Source: Fonticula alba ATCC 38817
Taxonomy: Eukaryota; Protista; Nucleariida
Reading direction: 5' to 3' (one strand)
Assembly (NCBI GenBank): GCA_000388065.2
Contig: KB932202.1
DNA length: 24,977 nt
The notes beneath the pieces were generated by a model, which was given only the letters and a program-made list of their open reading frames with translations, did no database searches and had not been told where the DNA came from. Positions 10,123 to 21,505 of the stretch are shown here, one piece after another. Position 1 is the stretch's first letter. The number at the start of each line of letters is the position of its first letter. Position numbers and translations under genes: made by a program.

Positions 10123-11080
10123 TTAGTAGGGGATGATCTTGAAGTGCAGGCTAATGACGGCGTTCATGAAGCTCCGCAGCTCCTGGATCAAGTAGTAATA
10201 GGTCTGCAGGCCCTCGAAGTCCTTCTCATCCTGGATCTCGCGCATCGACGTAATCATGCTCGTCTATGGGCGCACGGCGGCGATGGCAGTACCAGGCCGA
10301 ATGAAGCCGGCGGGTCAGAGGGAGACACAAGAGAGGACAGGGGAAGGGAAAGAAGGGGAGGGAGGGCGTACAGAAAAGGAAATGTGCTTGTTGTCCAGGA
10401 CAACCTCGAGCTCCTGCTTGCCGCTGTTGTTGGGCCGAGGCCAGAGCTTGTCGTCCTCCCTGCAACAGCGCCACCAGCGCGTGTGAGGGGGGAGGGGACG
10501 GGGGGGGGTCAGGCATCGCTTGCAGATGGGAACTGAGCGGGAGGGGGATGCACGAACTCGACGATGTCGCTCTCAGCAACGATCTGCTGGAGCGCCTGGA
10601 TGCTGGCCTTGCTCAGGTAGGCTGCCAAATGAGCAGCCGACCGGTGAGAGGGGACGGAAAAGAGCGGGCAAAGAGAGCAACAAAGGGTAAGTCAAGGGCA
10701 CAGATCACCAATAGCGGTGGGGGGCGGGAGGAGCGGGGGGGGGGGGGGGAATGCCACGCGCGGCGCGCACCCTCCTTGCGGATGATTTTGTCACGGCGAT
10801 ACTTGCTCTGGTTGACATAACGCATCCTTCCGCTTGTCCCGGCAACTTCGAACTCCATGAATTCCAGGCCGTAGCGGCTGTTATGACCCATGCTGAGCAG
10901 CGAGGCGGGGGAGCAGGGGTGGGGGACGGGAGGCGGGGGCAGTCGATGGTGAGTGTCAGCGGGGCATCGATAGTGCCAGCCCAGGCAACGATGGACGCAC
11001 AAGTAGCGGACGTAGAAGGTCTCGCTAGACGAGGAGGACTCGGCGGAGCCGTCCTGGACCGCGAAATCAGAGGAAGACAT
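10123..11080 (-). CDS. MAGOH: Mago nashi (exon junction complex core); exons 11080-11001, 10892-10771, 10621-10558, 10459-10372, 10263-10123; 164 aa
   Basis: The spliced product FYVRYFMGHNSRYGLEFMEFE...IIRKEAY...EEDDKLWPRP...GKQELEVV...HISFSTS..I.S...KDFEGL..YYYLIQEL...ISLHFKIIPY is colinear with Mago. All four introns are GT-AG and frame-consistent. Confidence 0.95.
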
Positions 11081-14000
11081 GGTGGTCGGAGAGGGGCGGG
11101 CCGGAGGGAGGGAGAAAACGAGACGGGAGGGGCGGCGTAGGGAGGGGAGAAGGAGGGGAACGGGGACGGCAGGGAACTGGATGGCCCCGGCCGAGGCCGC
11201 AGCCGGGGGGATGTTGCCTCGCCTTGGGGCGGCGGGTCGGCCGACGCTTGCGCGTGCGTGCCTGGGCCGCCTGCTGCGTCGGTGATCCGACATGCCAACG
11301 CATATCCACACCGAGTCGCCGCGCACTGCCTTCGAGCCGTAGACCGTTGGCATTTGGGATTGACAACGGCTCCCGCCCACATCGGCGGCGGCGGCGGCGG
11401 CGTACCCCGGCGCCCCGCTCCTTGGGCCGCACCGCCGCAGACCGGCCGGCAGCGAGGCGGGCCTCGCCGCATGGTGCTGGGCCTGCAAACGGAAGCGCGC
11501 GATCATTCGAAGATGCCTCCGGCCCGAGCGTCCGCCCGGGGAGCCATCGTGGAGGAGAGTCCCCACCGCGTCATGTGGGACCCATACAATCGGCCGATGG
11601 TGAGTACCACCCATCAGAGGCCCCGATATGGGAGCGCCTCCGCCTCTTCGACCGGGATGTCTCGGCGACAGGGAGTGCTTGGGGGCTTGCCCATGCCCCC
11701 CGGGGGATCGTGCCGGCCCGCTTGGCGGCAGCACCGAGTTCGGCCGAGTCTCCCGGATGGCCATGCGTGCCGGGGAAGGGAGTGGAGGAGGGCCATTGGC
11801 CAGGGAGGGCCCGGCCACCTGGGTAAGGTGTCTCCCTTGAGCCGGGGATCACCAGGACCGGGAGCCTTGACGGTCGAGCGCCGAAAGATGGGGAAGAGAA
11901 ACTCCTGTAAGCTCGACGATCGCCCGTGGCCGGCTGCGCTTTACACCTCCGCGAGGGAAAAAAAGCGTGGGGATGGCCTGAGCGGAAAGCCCGCGCAAGT
12001 GGGCTGCGAGAGGTGGCGTATACGCCAATCGGGATGATCCTCCAAAGGAAGCCAGCGCATGCCGTGGTTTTGGGGTGCCTTGTACTTGCCGTGGATTGGA
12101 CAATGGCCTTTCCTGCCCGGCTTGCGACACGTAGCGAGGAGCATCAGCGTCGCTCGATTTGCGGCTGGGGCCAGGAAGAAAGAAACGGAGAAGTCGGGAC
12201 AGTGGCTATGGATGGAGAACATCCCGCGTGAAGCCATGCTTCTCGGCATCCAAGAGTATTCAAGTGAGACTGGTCCCAGGTGTGGCCCTGGTAGTCGCGT
12301 GGTACGAAGGGGATCCGGAGGGTACATTTTTTTTGTCGAGGCAAGAAGCGCACGGGGCCGGGGACATGGGGCCCGCGGTGCGGATCACCGGGACAGAATC
12401 ACCGAAAGGCAAGTGCCCCGGCTGCCTGCCCCGCGCCCGGCGGCCGGGATGGATGGAGCCACACAACAACCGGCCGGGCTGAGGGCCGCCGCGGAACCGT
12501 GCCGGGACTTTATCCCGCCCGGCCGAGGTGATCGGGGAGGCATTGTGGGCGGAGAAGACGCCGTGGGCTGCTCACTTGATCACCGATAGTCGCGCGCGCT
12601 GAGGGGGGGGGGGGAGAGCGAGGCCGGTGTCCGGAGCCCCGGCGCCCGCCAGAGGCAAGTTAAAGGCGAGCAATTAACTCAGCCTGCCACCAATCGATCG
12701 ACGATCCACCGGGGGGAGCATCCTCGTGGGAGTGTCGAGCCCGTCGTGGGCCGCAGGGAAATAAGGCACCCGCCCGGCATCTCAGCATTGCCAGGAAGGT
12801 CTCCCTTTGGAGTGGCTGTCTGCCTGTGGTCCACACAAAGGGAACAGAAAACCTCCCGCTGGTGATCGCAGCAAGAGTGGTTACCTCTCGCGGGAAGTGC
12901 GGACCTGCAAGATCCCCCGACCGGGGCCCATCGCCTGACTGGTGGCAACCGGGGTGCCGGTCGACTCTGCCATGCGTTGGCCGGGGAGCGGCGCCCGTAG
13001 GAGGACGCGGACCCCATCGCCCCCGGGGGCCCCATGAAGATGGAGGAGACACAGCCGTCGTGGGCCCGAAGCACGGGAATGTCTTCTTCTCTGCTTTTTT
13101 TTTCCCTCCTCCTCAAACAGGCAGGGACGCCGTGACAACGCGCGCTTTGCCGGGCGGCACGGAATGACAGGACAGCCAACCCGCCGGCAACTGGCCAGCA
13201 TGTGTCCTGGCACACCTACTCTTGGAAGAGATCCCACGCCCGAGGACCGACCCCACAGATGTCCCGCGCACAGGTGTGCCGGCCCGCCTCCGCCACAAGG
13301 ATCTCGGCTGCAAGGTGTCCTGGTCGACAAGCTTCCCCAATAGGCAGGGAAACAGCCATTTGGAGCCTGTGCACGTGCAGCGCGGCCATCTGATGGACAG
13401 GAGCATCAACAGGGACGCACTCGCCAAAGTGCGGCCACAGCCAAGGGGAGGGGGGGGAGTCGCCTCGAGGGGCAAGGGTCACTGTGGAGGTCTTCCCTCT
13501 CCCGAGATGACATGTGAGAGGGCGAAATCGCGCTCACCTACGCGAGAGGCGGCTCAAGCCTACATGGACGGGGAGATGAAGCGCCGCACCCTGCAGCAAA
13601 GTAGCCCACCCGGCGAGTGTGGCCCAGTGAAGCGTGGCCCGGAAGTGCGATGATCCATCCCCTCGAGGGGAAGTCAAGTGGCTTTGCCCTGTGGTTGGAG
13701 GGGGGGGGGCTAAGGAGAAATGCATCGGAGAGCGGGACGCAGTGGGGAGGAGGGGCGATGAATGACGGTGAGCAGACATCCTCCCTCTTGTGGGGAAGGC
13801 AATGGAATGGTAAAGGGCCGAAATATAAATGACCCCTTTTTTCGTGCATGCTGCTTGGTTGGATGTGGCCACCCAAGAGGGGGGGGGGGGGGGGGGGGCA
13901 CGGTCCCCAGAGGACTTCTTTGCTGCTCTCAAACCCGGATCCCCCTCCGCGCCAATGGCGGTGGTAAGTCGCTGTTGGCACACCGCGGTGCGGGAGCATT

Positions 14001-14158
14001 TTACGTGTGTCTACTGCCAGCGCTGGGGGAATGCCATTCCCACTTGGCGAGGTGAACTCGAAAACCGCTAGACAGTCTGGGTGTCTGGAGTACCGGATCC
14101 GTGGGTCTGTTTCAGATTGGATGGTGCTCCGTCCAGGCCCTCCATCGGTCGCTCTTCC

Positions 14159-14177
14159 CGCGCGCGCGCGCGCGCGC
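14159..14177. repeat. (CG)9 alternating tract upstream of RPB2
   Basis: Read directly from the sequence; similar tracts occur at 7550-7565 and 19438-19453. Confidence 0.9.
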
Positions 14178-14979
14178 ACCCGCCTCCCCCCCCCCCCAGG
14201 ATACCATTGCATCAGGAGCCTAGCCGATTGCTGCCTCAGCAAGGGCTCCGGAAACCGGGGTGCAACCCAGGGCGGGTGTCCCCCCCCCTCCGCCCCGCCT
14301 CAGGGCGGTCCAGCAGATTCTCTCCCGCGCATGGCCCGTTTTTCCGCCCGCGCTCGACCAGCAAAAGGAGGGACGTGGGCGCGGGGGCGCGTTGTCAAGA
14401 CTCGACGAAAAATACTGGGCCCCCCCGCCCTTCAGGCCTCTGTACTCTGGTGACTTTCTCGGGTTCGGGTGAAAGGAGGCCGTGCTGGGCAGCCCCCGGC
14501 TCCCCGCCGGGGGCCCAACCAGCAGTTCTCCCTCCCTCCCCCCCCCGCCGTCGCTTGTGTTCCTCCCTCCCCCCCTTGCCCGGCCCCTTCCCTCCCCCCT
14601 CGCTGCCGCCTCGCCTCCTTCTCTTTCTTCCTGGCTCTCCTCGCCTTGCGTGGCGTCGGTCCTCCTCCCCTCCTCCCCTCCTCCCCTCCGCCCCCTCCGC
14701 CCCCTCCGCTCCTCGTTCGGCCCTTGTCCCAGCTCCCCTCTTTCCTTCCCTCCCCTTCCCCATCCTCCTTGACCGGTTCCGCTCCCGAGGTCCCCTTTGC
14801 CTGCGAGTACGAACCCACCTTGTTCTTTTCCCCCGACCGTCGCCACGACTCTCCCTCTTCGGGCGTCGGTATCCCAGAGTCTCGTCTTTTCTCACTCTCG
14901 CTGCACGGTGCCCTCGCATCCCCCCCCCCCCCTTCCCCTGCTCTCCTCCCCCTTCCCGTGCCCAGCCTCTGAGCTCCCC

Positions 14980-15040
14980 NNNNNNNNNNNNNNNNNNNNN
15001 NNNNNNNNNNNNNNNNNNNNNNNNNNNNNNNNNNNNNNNN
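14980..15040. other. Assembly gap (61 N) immediately upstream of the first visible RPB2 exon
   Basis: Run of Ns within C-rich sequence. Confidence 0.99.
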
Positions 15041-15117
15041 CCCTTTGTCCTCCCTCCTCCTCTGGTTCTCTCTCCTGCCTTCCCCCACCCCCGCCCTTCC
15101 CCTCCCTGCTGCTCCAG

Positions 15118-15915
15118 CGTTCGACTCCTACAGCAGTGTGGACTCCGACGGCCAGCTGCGCCAGGAGGATTTCTGGCCGGTCATTGAGGCCTTCTTTTCT
15201 GACAAGCAGCTGGTTCGTCAGCAGTTGGACTCCTTCGACAACTTTGCCCTGCGCAATGTGTCGGCCATCATCACCGACGAGTCCACCATCACCGTCGGTG
15301 TGCAGCGCCAGTACTCCACGGTCAATGAGAATGAGGTACGTCCCGCCTCCCGGCTCTTCTCCCTCCTCCCTCCCTCGTCCCTTTTCTCTCTCTCCCTTTC
15401 TCCGCCCCCCCCCCTCCTCCCGCAGCGTCATGTCTGACCCCCTCGCTTAGATCACCTTCTCGTTGGAGTTCCACGACCCGACTCTCCTGTCGCCCGGTGC
15501 CGAGGACGACAAGTGCGAGCGGACCGGAAGTTACCACGATAAGTTCCTCCTGCCGAATGAGGCGCGCCTGCGTGGCTTGACGTGCGTCCCCCCTTTCCCT
15601 CAGGGCGGTCCCCCTCCCCCCTCTCTTGCTCCTCCTCCTCCGTCCCCCCCCCCTCCCCCCCTCAAATGCCCACTGACTCCTGATCTTTCTCCCGTCTTCT
15701 TCTCCTGCCGCCCCCTGGTCCTGTCATGCGACTCAGTTACGAGGCCGCACTCAACGTGCAGATTGCCCAGCGTAAGAGCACCGCCGACGGTGTGGACCAG
15801 TCGCAATTCAAGTTCGCCATTGCTCGCGTGCGTTCCTCGCTCGTTCCCCCGGCCTTTCTCCTGAACCGCCCGAGAGGGCCCTTTTCCCGACCTCCCCTCC
15901 CCTCCCTCTCTCTCT

Positions 15916-15947
<32 letters not shown>

Positions 15948-18900
15948 CCCACACACACACACACACACAACACTGTGCGGCACCCAACAGATCCCCATCA
16001 TGGTCCGGTCCTCTCGGTGCTCCTCCATCACGGCCTCCGTCAACAACCCCTCGCGCTCGCGGTCCTCCTACGAGACCGGCGAGTGCCGCTTCGACCAGGG
16101 CGGCTACTTCATCATCAATGGCAATGAGAAGGTCATCATCGCGCAGGAGCGCCTGGCCAACAACCAGGTGTATGTCTTCCATGCCCAGTCGAACAAGCAC
16201 TCCTACACGGCGCACATCAAGTCCGTCTCGTCGCGCCTCAACCGGCCCCCCTCTTCGGTGTACATCACCATGTCCAAGTCCCTGAACGACGGCCCCGGCC
16301 GGCTGATTGAGGTGCACTTGACCAACATCAAGACGCCCATTCCCCTGTTCATCATCTTCCGCGCCATGGGTGTTGAGTCGGATTCGGACATTCTCTCGCA
16401 CATTTGCTACAACCTGGATGACAATGAGATGATCGACTTCCTGGCCCCCACCATCGAGCAGGCCTTCGACTACCAGGACCGGCGGTCGGCCCAGGCGTTC
16501 ATCGGCCTGCGCGCCAACACCGAGGGTGTGTCGGTGGATGCGGCCTCGCGCCAGGCGAGCGAGCTCCTGCGCAAGGAGCTCTTGCCCCATGTGGTGGGCG
16601 ATGTCCGCCAGAAGGTCATGTTCCTGGGGCACATGGTCCACCGGCTGCTGATGGTGGCCCTGGGCCGCTGGCCGCAGGATGACCGTGATCACTATGCCAA
16701 GAAGCGCTGTGACCTGGCCGGGCCCCTGTTGACCGAGCTCTTCCGCACGCAGTTCAAGCGCTATCGCCGGCACATCGGGTCCTCGCTGGAGAAGACCCTC
16801 CTGTCGAAGTTGGACCAGGCGTCGGTGCGCCGGCCGCTCAATGGCGACATGATTGGCGGTGGCATTCGGTATGCCCTGTCGACCGGCAACTGGACCGGCG
16901 ACAGTAAGGAGTCCTCGAGCGCCCGGTCCGGTGTGTCGCAGATGCTCAACCGGCTGACCTATGCCTCGACCCTGGCCAACCTCCGTCGGTTGACGTCGCC
17001 GGCCGGGCGCGAGGGCAAGAGTGTCGGCCCGCGGCAGCTCCACAACACCACTTGGGGCATTCTCTGCCCGGCCGAGACCCCGGAGGGTGGGTCCTGTGGG
17101 CTGGTCAAGAACCTGGCCCTGATGGCGTACATCACCCGCGGCATCATCGATGATGAGCATCGAAAGATGATCATCGGTCTGCTGTCGGATTCCGGTGTGG
17201 ACCGGCTGTCGGAGATTTCGCCGGAAAGTGTGCGCAATGCCACCAAGGTCTTCCTGAATGGCGATTGGTTCGGCATCACCACCTACCCCTCGGACTTGAT
17301 CGACAGCTTGCGGTATCAGCGCCGGAATGGCAAGATCCTGCAGAATGACAATGACGGCCTGGATCCGCTCATTCTCTCGGAGATGTCGGTGGTGATGGAT
17401 GTCCGCGAGGGGGAGATCCGGATCAACACCGATGCCGGCCGCATTACCCGGCCGCTGTTGATCGTCGATCGCCATGGCGATGTCCCGACGTTGAACATCA
17501 CCCGGGAGATTCTGGCCGAGCTGCGCAGCATGAAGTCCGACGGGACGGCCGAGTCCGACTCGCAGCGCTGGCAGCAGCTCCTCAACCACGGCATCGTCGA
17601 GTATTTGGATGTCGAGGAGGAGGAGTGCTCCATGATTGCCATGACCCCGGAAAGCATTGCCACCAGTGCCGTGCCCACGGACCTGGTTGTGCGCAAGCAC
17701 TGCGACACGCACACCCACTGTGAGATTCACCCGTCCATGATTCTCGGTGTGGCGGCCTCGCTCATTCCCTTCGCCCATCACAACCAGTCCCCGCGTAATG
17801 TGTACCAGGCTGCCATGGGCAAGCAGGCCATGGGTGTGTATGCCAGTAACTTCATGCTGCGCATGGACACCACGGCCCACGTGCTGTACTATCCGCAGGC
17901 GCCGCTGTGTGGTACTCGTGCCATGGACTTCATGCACTTCCGTGACATGCCGGCCGGGCAGAATGCCATCTCTGCGATTGCCTGCTACTCGGGCTACAAC
18001 CAGGAGGATTCCATCATCATCAACCAGTCGGCCATTGATCGTGGTCTCTTCCGGTCCATCTACTTCCGGACGTACATCGAGAAGGAGAAGGAGGTGCGTT
18101 TGTCCTGGCGGTTCCCCTTTTCTTCAGCTGTCCCCCCTCCCCGGTGTTTCTTCCTCGAGCTATCCCCTTCTTTCTAACCCGGCCCTCCTGTGCGTGCGTG
18201 CGTACGTGCGTGTGTGTGTGTGTGTGTGTGTGGCCTTTGCCCCCTTTGCCCCCCTCTCTCCGTCATGACGCTTGTTTCTGTCACCCTTTGTTTGGGGCAA
18301 AAAAAAACCCCAGGGCGCCGAGACCATTGCCAGCTCTTCGCTGGTCATCACCAAGCCGGACATCTCGCGCATGGACAAGAACAAGGGCAGCAACCTGGAC
18401 AAGATGGACACCGATGGCCTGGTGCCGCCTGGCATCCAGGTCGGCAAGGATGACGCCATCATCGGCAAGGTGGTCATTTCCACCGGGTCCGAGCTTCACA
18501 GTGACCATTCGAAGATCCTGCGCGAGAATGAGCATGGTGTCATTGACAAGGTCATTGTCACCCAGGACCTGGAGCATATCAAGTGCATTCGCATGCGTCT
18601 GCGGAATATCCGCATCCCGCAGATCGGCGACAAGTTTGCCTCGCGTCACGGGCAGAAGGGCACCGTGGGCATCACCTACCGGCAGGAGGACATGCCCTTC
18701 ACAGAGGAGGGCATTGTGCCGGACCTGATCATCAATCCCCATGCCATTCCTTCGCGAATGACCGTTGGCCATTTGATCGAGTGTCTCCTGTCCAAGGTGG
18801 CCTCGCTGAATGGTGTGTATGGTGATGCCACGGCCTTCGGCCATATGACCGTGGACAGTGTGTCCGAGGCCCTGGAAAAGCAGGGCTACCAGAAGCGTGG

Positions 18901-19354
18901 CTTTGAGATCATGTACAATGGCCACACCGGGCGCAAGCTCCATGCGCAGGTTTTCCTCGGGCCCACCTTCTACCAGCGTCTGAAGCATCTGGTCGATGAC
19001 AAGATTCACTCGCGTGCACGCGGCCGCATGGTCCAGCTTACGCGCCAGCCGATGGAAGGTCGTGCGCGTGATGGTGGTCTGCGTTTCGGTGAGATGGAGC
19101 GCGATTGCATTATCGCCCACGGCATGGCGGCTTTCCTGAAGGAGCGGCTCTTCTATCAGTCCGATTGCTATCGGGCTCATGTGTGTGACCTGTGCGGCCT
19201 CTTCGCTGCGGCCAATCTGCGCAAGGCGCATCTCAGTTGCCGCGCGTGCAGCAACAACATCTACATTTCCCAGGTGGAGATCCCCTACGCTGCCAAGCTC
19301 CTCTTCCAAGAGATGATGAGCATGTGCATTGCCCCGCGCATTTGCGTCGGCTGA
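15118..19354 (+). CDS. RPB2: RNA polymerase II second-largest subunit; visible exons 15118-15335, 15451-15581, 15737-15827, 15991-18093, 18314-19354; start codon not seen
   Basis: Motifs [141 protein letters not shown] and the C-terminal CxxC..CxxC are all present. The Pol II type is supported by RQQLDSF, RQLHN and HNQSPRN. About 1,190 codons are visible. Confidence 0.97.
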
Positions 19355-19647
19355 TTTTTGATGTGCACGCTGTGTGTGCATGCATATTCCCATCCCCCTC
19401 TCCCCTCTGCCCCCTCATGCCGCCTTCTTTTCACAAGTGCGCGCGCGCGCGCACGCCGCGCCTGCCTCCCTCTCTCACTCGCGTACACGAAAACCGACAC
19501 ATATTATTGCCCCCCCCCCCCCTCTCCCCCCTCCCCCTGAGGCGTGTAGTGACCGTGATGGAGATAGCCTGTCTGTGCTTGACCCTCGCTGTCCGCTCCG
19601 CCAACTGCCCTTGATCGGGCACATTTCAGTGCCTCTTTTTTTTTTCC

Positions 19648-19653
19648 AATAAA
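19648..19653 (+). terminator. Candidate polyadenylation signal (AATAAA) for RPB2
   Basis: AATAAA lies about 295 nt after the RPB2 stop, flanked by T-rich tracts. Confidence 0.4.
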
Positions 19654-19979
19654 AACACTTCAAACCAATGTCGGGTTTCCTTCTTCTTTTTTTTGTCCCC
19701 CCTCTCTCTCCGGTCCTCGCTCTCGCTCTCTCTCTCTCCCATCGTTCTCAAGTGGGTCAATCATCATCGAAGGGGGTTGTGGAGGCGGCCTGGCCGGGTT
19801 TGGTGGGTGCCTTCTGGGCGAGGGGCGGGGGGATTACGTGATTTTTCTCAGCAGAACAGCACGATTCCACTTCTATATTTGTGTACTGTCATCATGGGGG
19901 GAAGGCTAGATGAAGGCATGTCATAATGTCGAACAGGAGGGAGGCCCGAGGGAGGGTCATAGATAGGACACAAGGCAAT

Positions 19980-21505
19980 TTAGCGACGGCCACCAGAGCG
20001 GGCGCGTGCTTTCCCGGCAGAGCGGCCACCACCGCCGCCGCCACCGCCGCCGCCGCCGCCGCGCTTGCGGCCGCCCGAGCCGGACTTGCGCTTGGCCCTG
20101 AAAAGGGAAGAGCGTGTGCAGGTGCGTGGGTGGGAATGCGCGCGAGGGCGGAGGTCCAGGTTGTGGTGACATGTGTGAGAGGAGAGGCAGGAAGAAAGAG
20201 GGAGCAGTGGGCGGGGAATGGATGTGGCACGCACCCACTTGACAAGCGGGAGAGCTTGTTGGAGAGGAATTTGGCGCGCTGGAGACGGTCCAGAGGAGAT
20301 GGTGGGCAAGAGAAAGAGAGAGAGAGGAAGAGAGAGAGGAAGAGAGAGAGGAAGAGAGAGAGGAAGAGAGAGGAAGAGAGAGAGGAAGAGAGAGGAAGAG
20401 AGAGAGGAAGAGAGAGGAAGAGAGAGAGGAAGAGAGAGAGGAAGAGAGAGAGGAAGAGAGAGAGAGGAAGAAAGAGAGAGGAAGAGAGAGAGAGAGAGGA
20501 AGAGAGAGGAAGAAAGGGGGGAGAGGAGCAAATAGAAGTGAGAAGTGGGTATCATCACGGGCTGGTACTTGACAGATGGGGCCATGTGCCGAGGGCGCAA
20601 GAAAGAGGGGGGGAAAGGGCAGGCAAGCACACCACGCACCTGCTTCAGGTCGTCAACCGACATGGCGGGATTCTTGCCGACAGGGGCATGCGCGTCCTCG
20701 GCCGACGTCCCGTCGGCGGTGTGGGCGTCACCCTCCTCGCCGTCGGAGAACTCGCCATCCGAGGCGCTGCTGTCATTGCCCGGGCGACCGCCCATGAGCG
20801 ACTGCAGGCGCGAGCCGAAGCTCTCATCCTCAAACTCGGTGATCGAGGTAATGATGCTGACCGAGTCGTTGACCGAGTATTTGTCACGCTGCAGGAGGTT
20901 GTCCGCCTCGGTGTCGCTGTCCGAGCCGGCGGCATCCGAATCCTCGGCATTCGAATCCTCGGCATCCGACTTCTCGGCATCCGACCCCTCGGCCTCGCGG
21001 GCCTGGTTGCGCTTCTCGGCAGCCAGGCGATCAATGTGCTTCTGCTCGCGGCTCTTTGCCAGAGCGACGTCGCCGCCGAAGCTCGGCAGCAGGGCATTGA
21101 TCAGCTCGCTGTTGCCCACATGCGCCAGGCCACGCCGGGCCTTCCACTCGGAGATGACATGCTCATTTTCGGTGCGTTTCTGCACATCCCGATGTTAAAC
21201 AGCAGCCGCGGACAGAGGGCGGCGGGGAAAGCCACCATGCTGGGAGACACCCCCCGGGGCTCGGGTGCGAGCAGGGGGCGAGAAGAAGACCGAGGGAAGG
21301 GGCGCACCTTGGTACGGAACTCCTTGCGGGCCTCCTTCTGCATGGCCTGCAGCTCGCGCTTGGCCTTTTGCTGACGCTCCAGCTTGCGCTTCCGGAAGCC
21401 GGTTAGGTACTCGAGACGCGCGTCGAGATCTAGGACCACGGAGTCCGGGCGCTCGCTCTTGGCCTTCTTCCCGCCGCGGGCGGCTGGCTTGCTCCTTGGC
21501 GGCAT
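19980..21505 (-). CDS. NOL12: Nucleolar protein 12 / Rrp17 family; exons 21505-21308, 21179-20640, 20278-20235, 20097-19980; 299 aa
   Basis: VVLDLDARLEYLTGFRKRKLERQQKAK matches the Nop25/NOL12 motif (EYLTGFHKRK..R). The middle is acidic, there is a KYSVNDSVSIITS strand region, and the tail is basic and Gly-rich. Three GTGCGY..CAG introns give a continuous frame. Confidence 0.85.
20309..20516. repeat. Degenerate purine-only tandem repeat (10-12 nt units such as GAAGAGAGAGAG) inside NOL12 intron 2
   Basis: Read directly from the sequence; it is a pyrimidine tract on the sense strand. Confidence 0.95.

Noticed and set aside
12238-12266. GCTTCTCGGC...TCAAGTG resembling the 5' end of U2 snRNA
   Set aside because: Stem-loop I, the GTAGTA branch-pairing sequence and an Sm site are absent; probably chance. 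An Infernal U2 search would settle it.
15808-17937. 709-aa minus-strand ORF (also 18281-19393, 370 aa)
   Set aside because: Antisense shadows of the RPB2 exons. GC-rich codon usage suppresses stops on the opposite strand, and there are no family motifs.
19980-21185. Unspliced 401-aa NOL12 frame with a hydrophobic (LSLP)n segment resembling a membrane region
   Set aside because: The C/T-only intronic repeat cannot contain stop codons, and canonical splice sites remove it.
19926-21374. 482-aa plus-strand ORF with ERERKR repeats
   Set aside because: Antisense to NOL12; the repeat is the translated purine microsatellite of intron 2.
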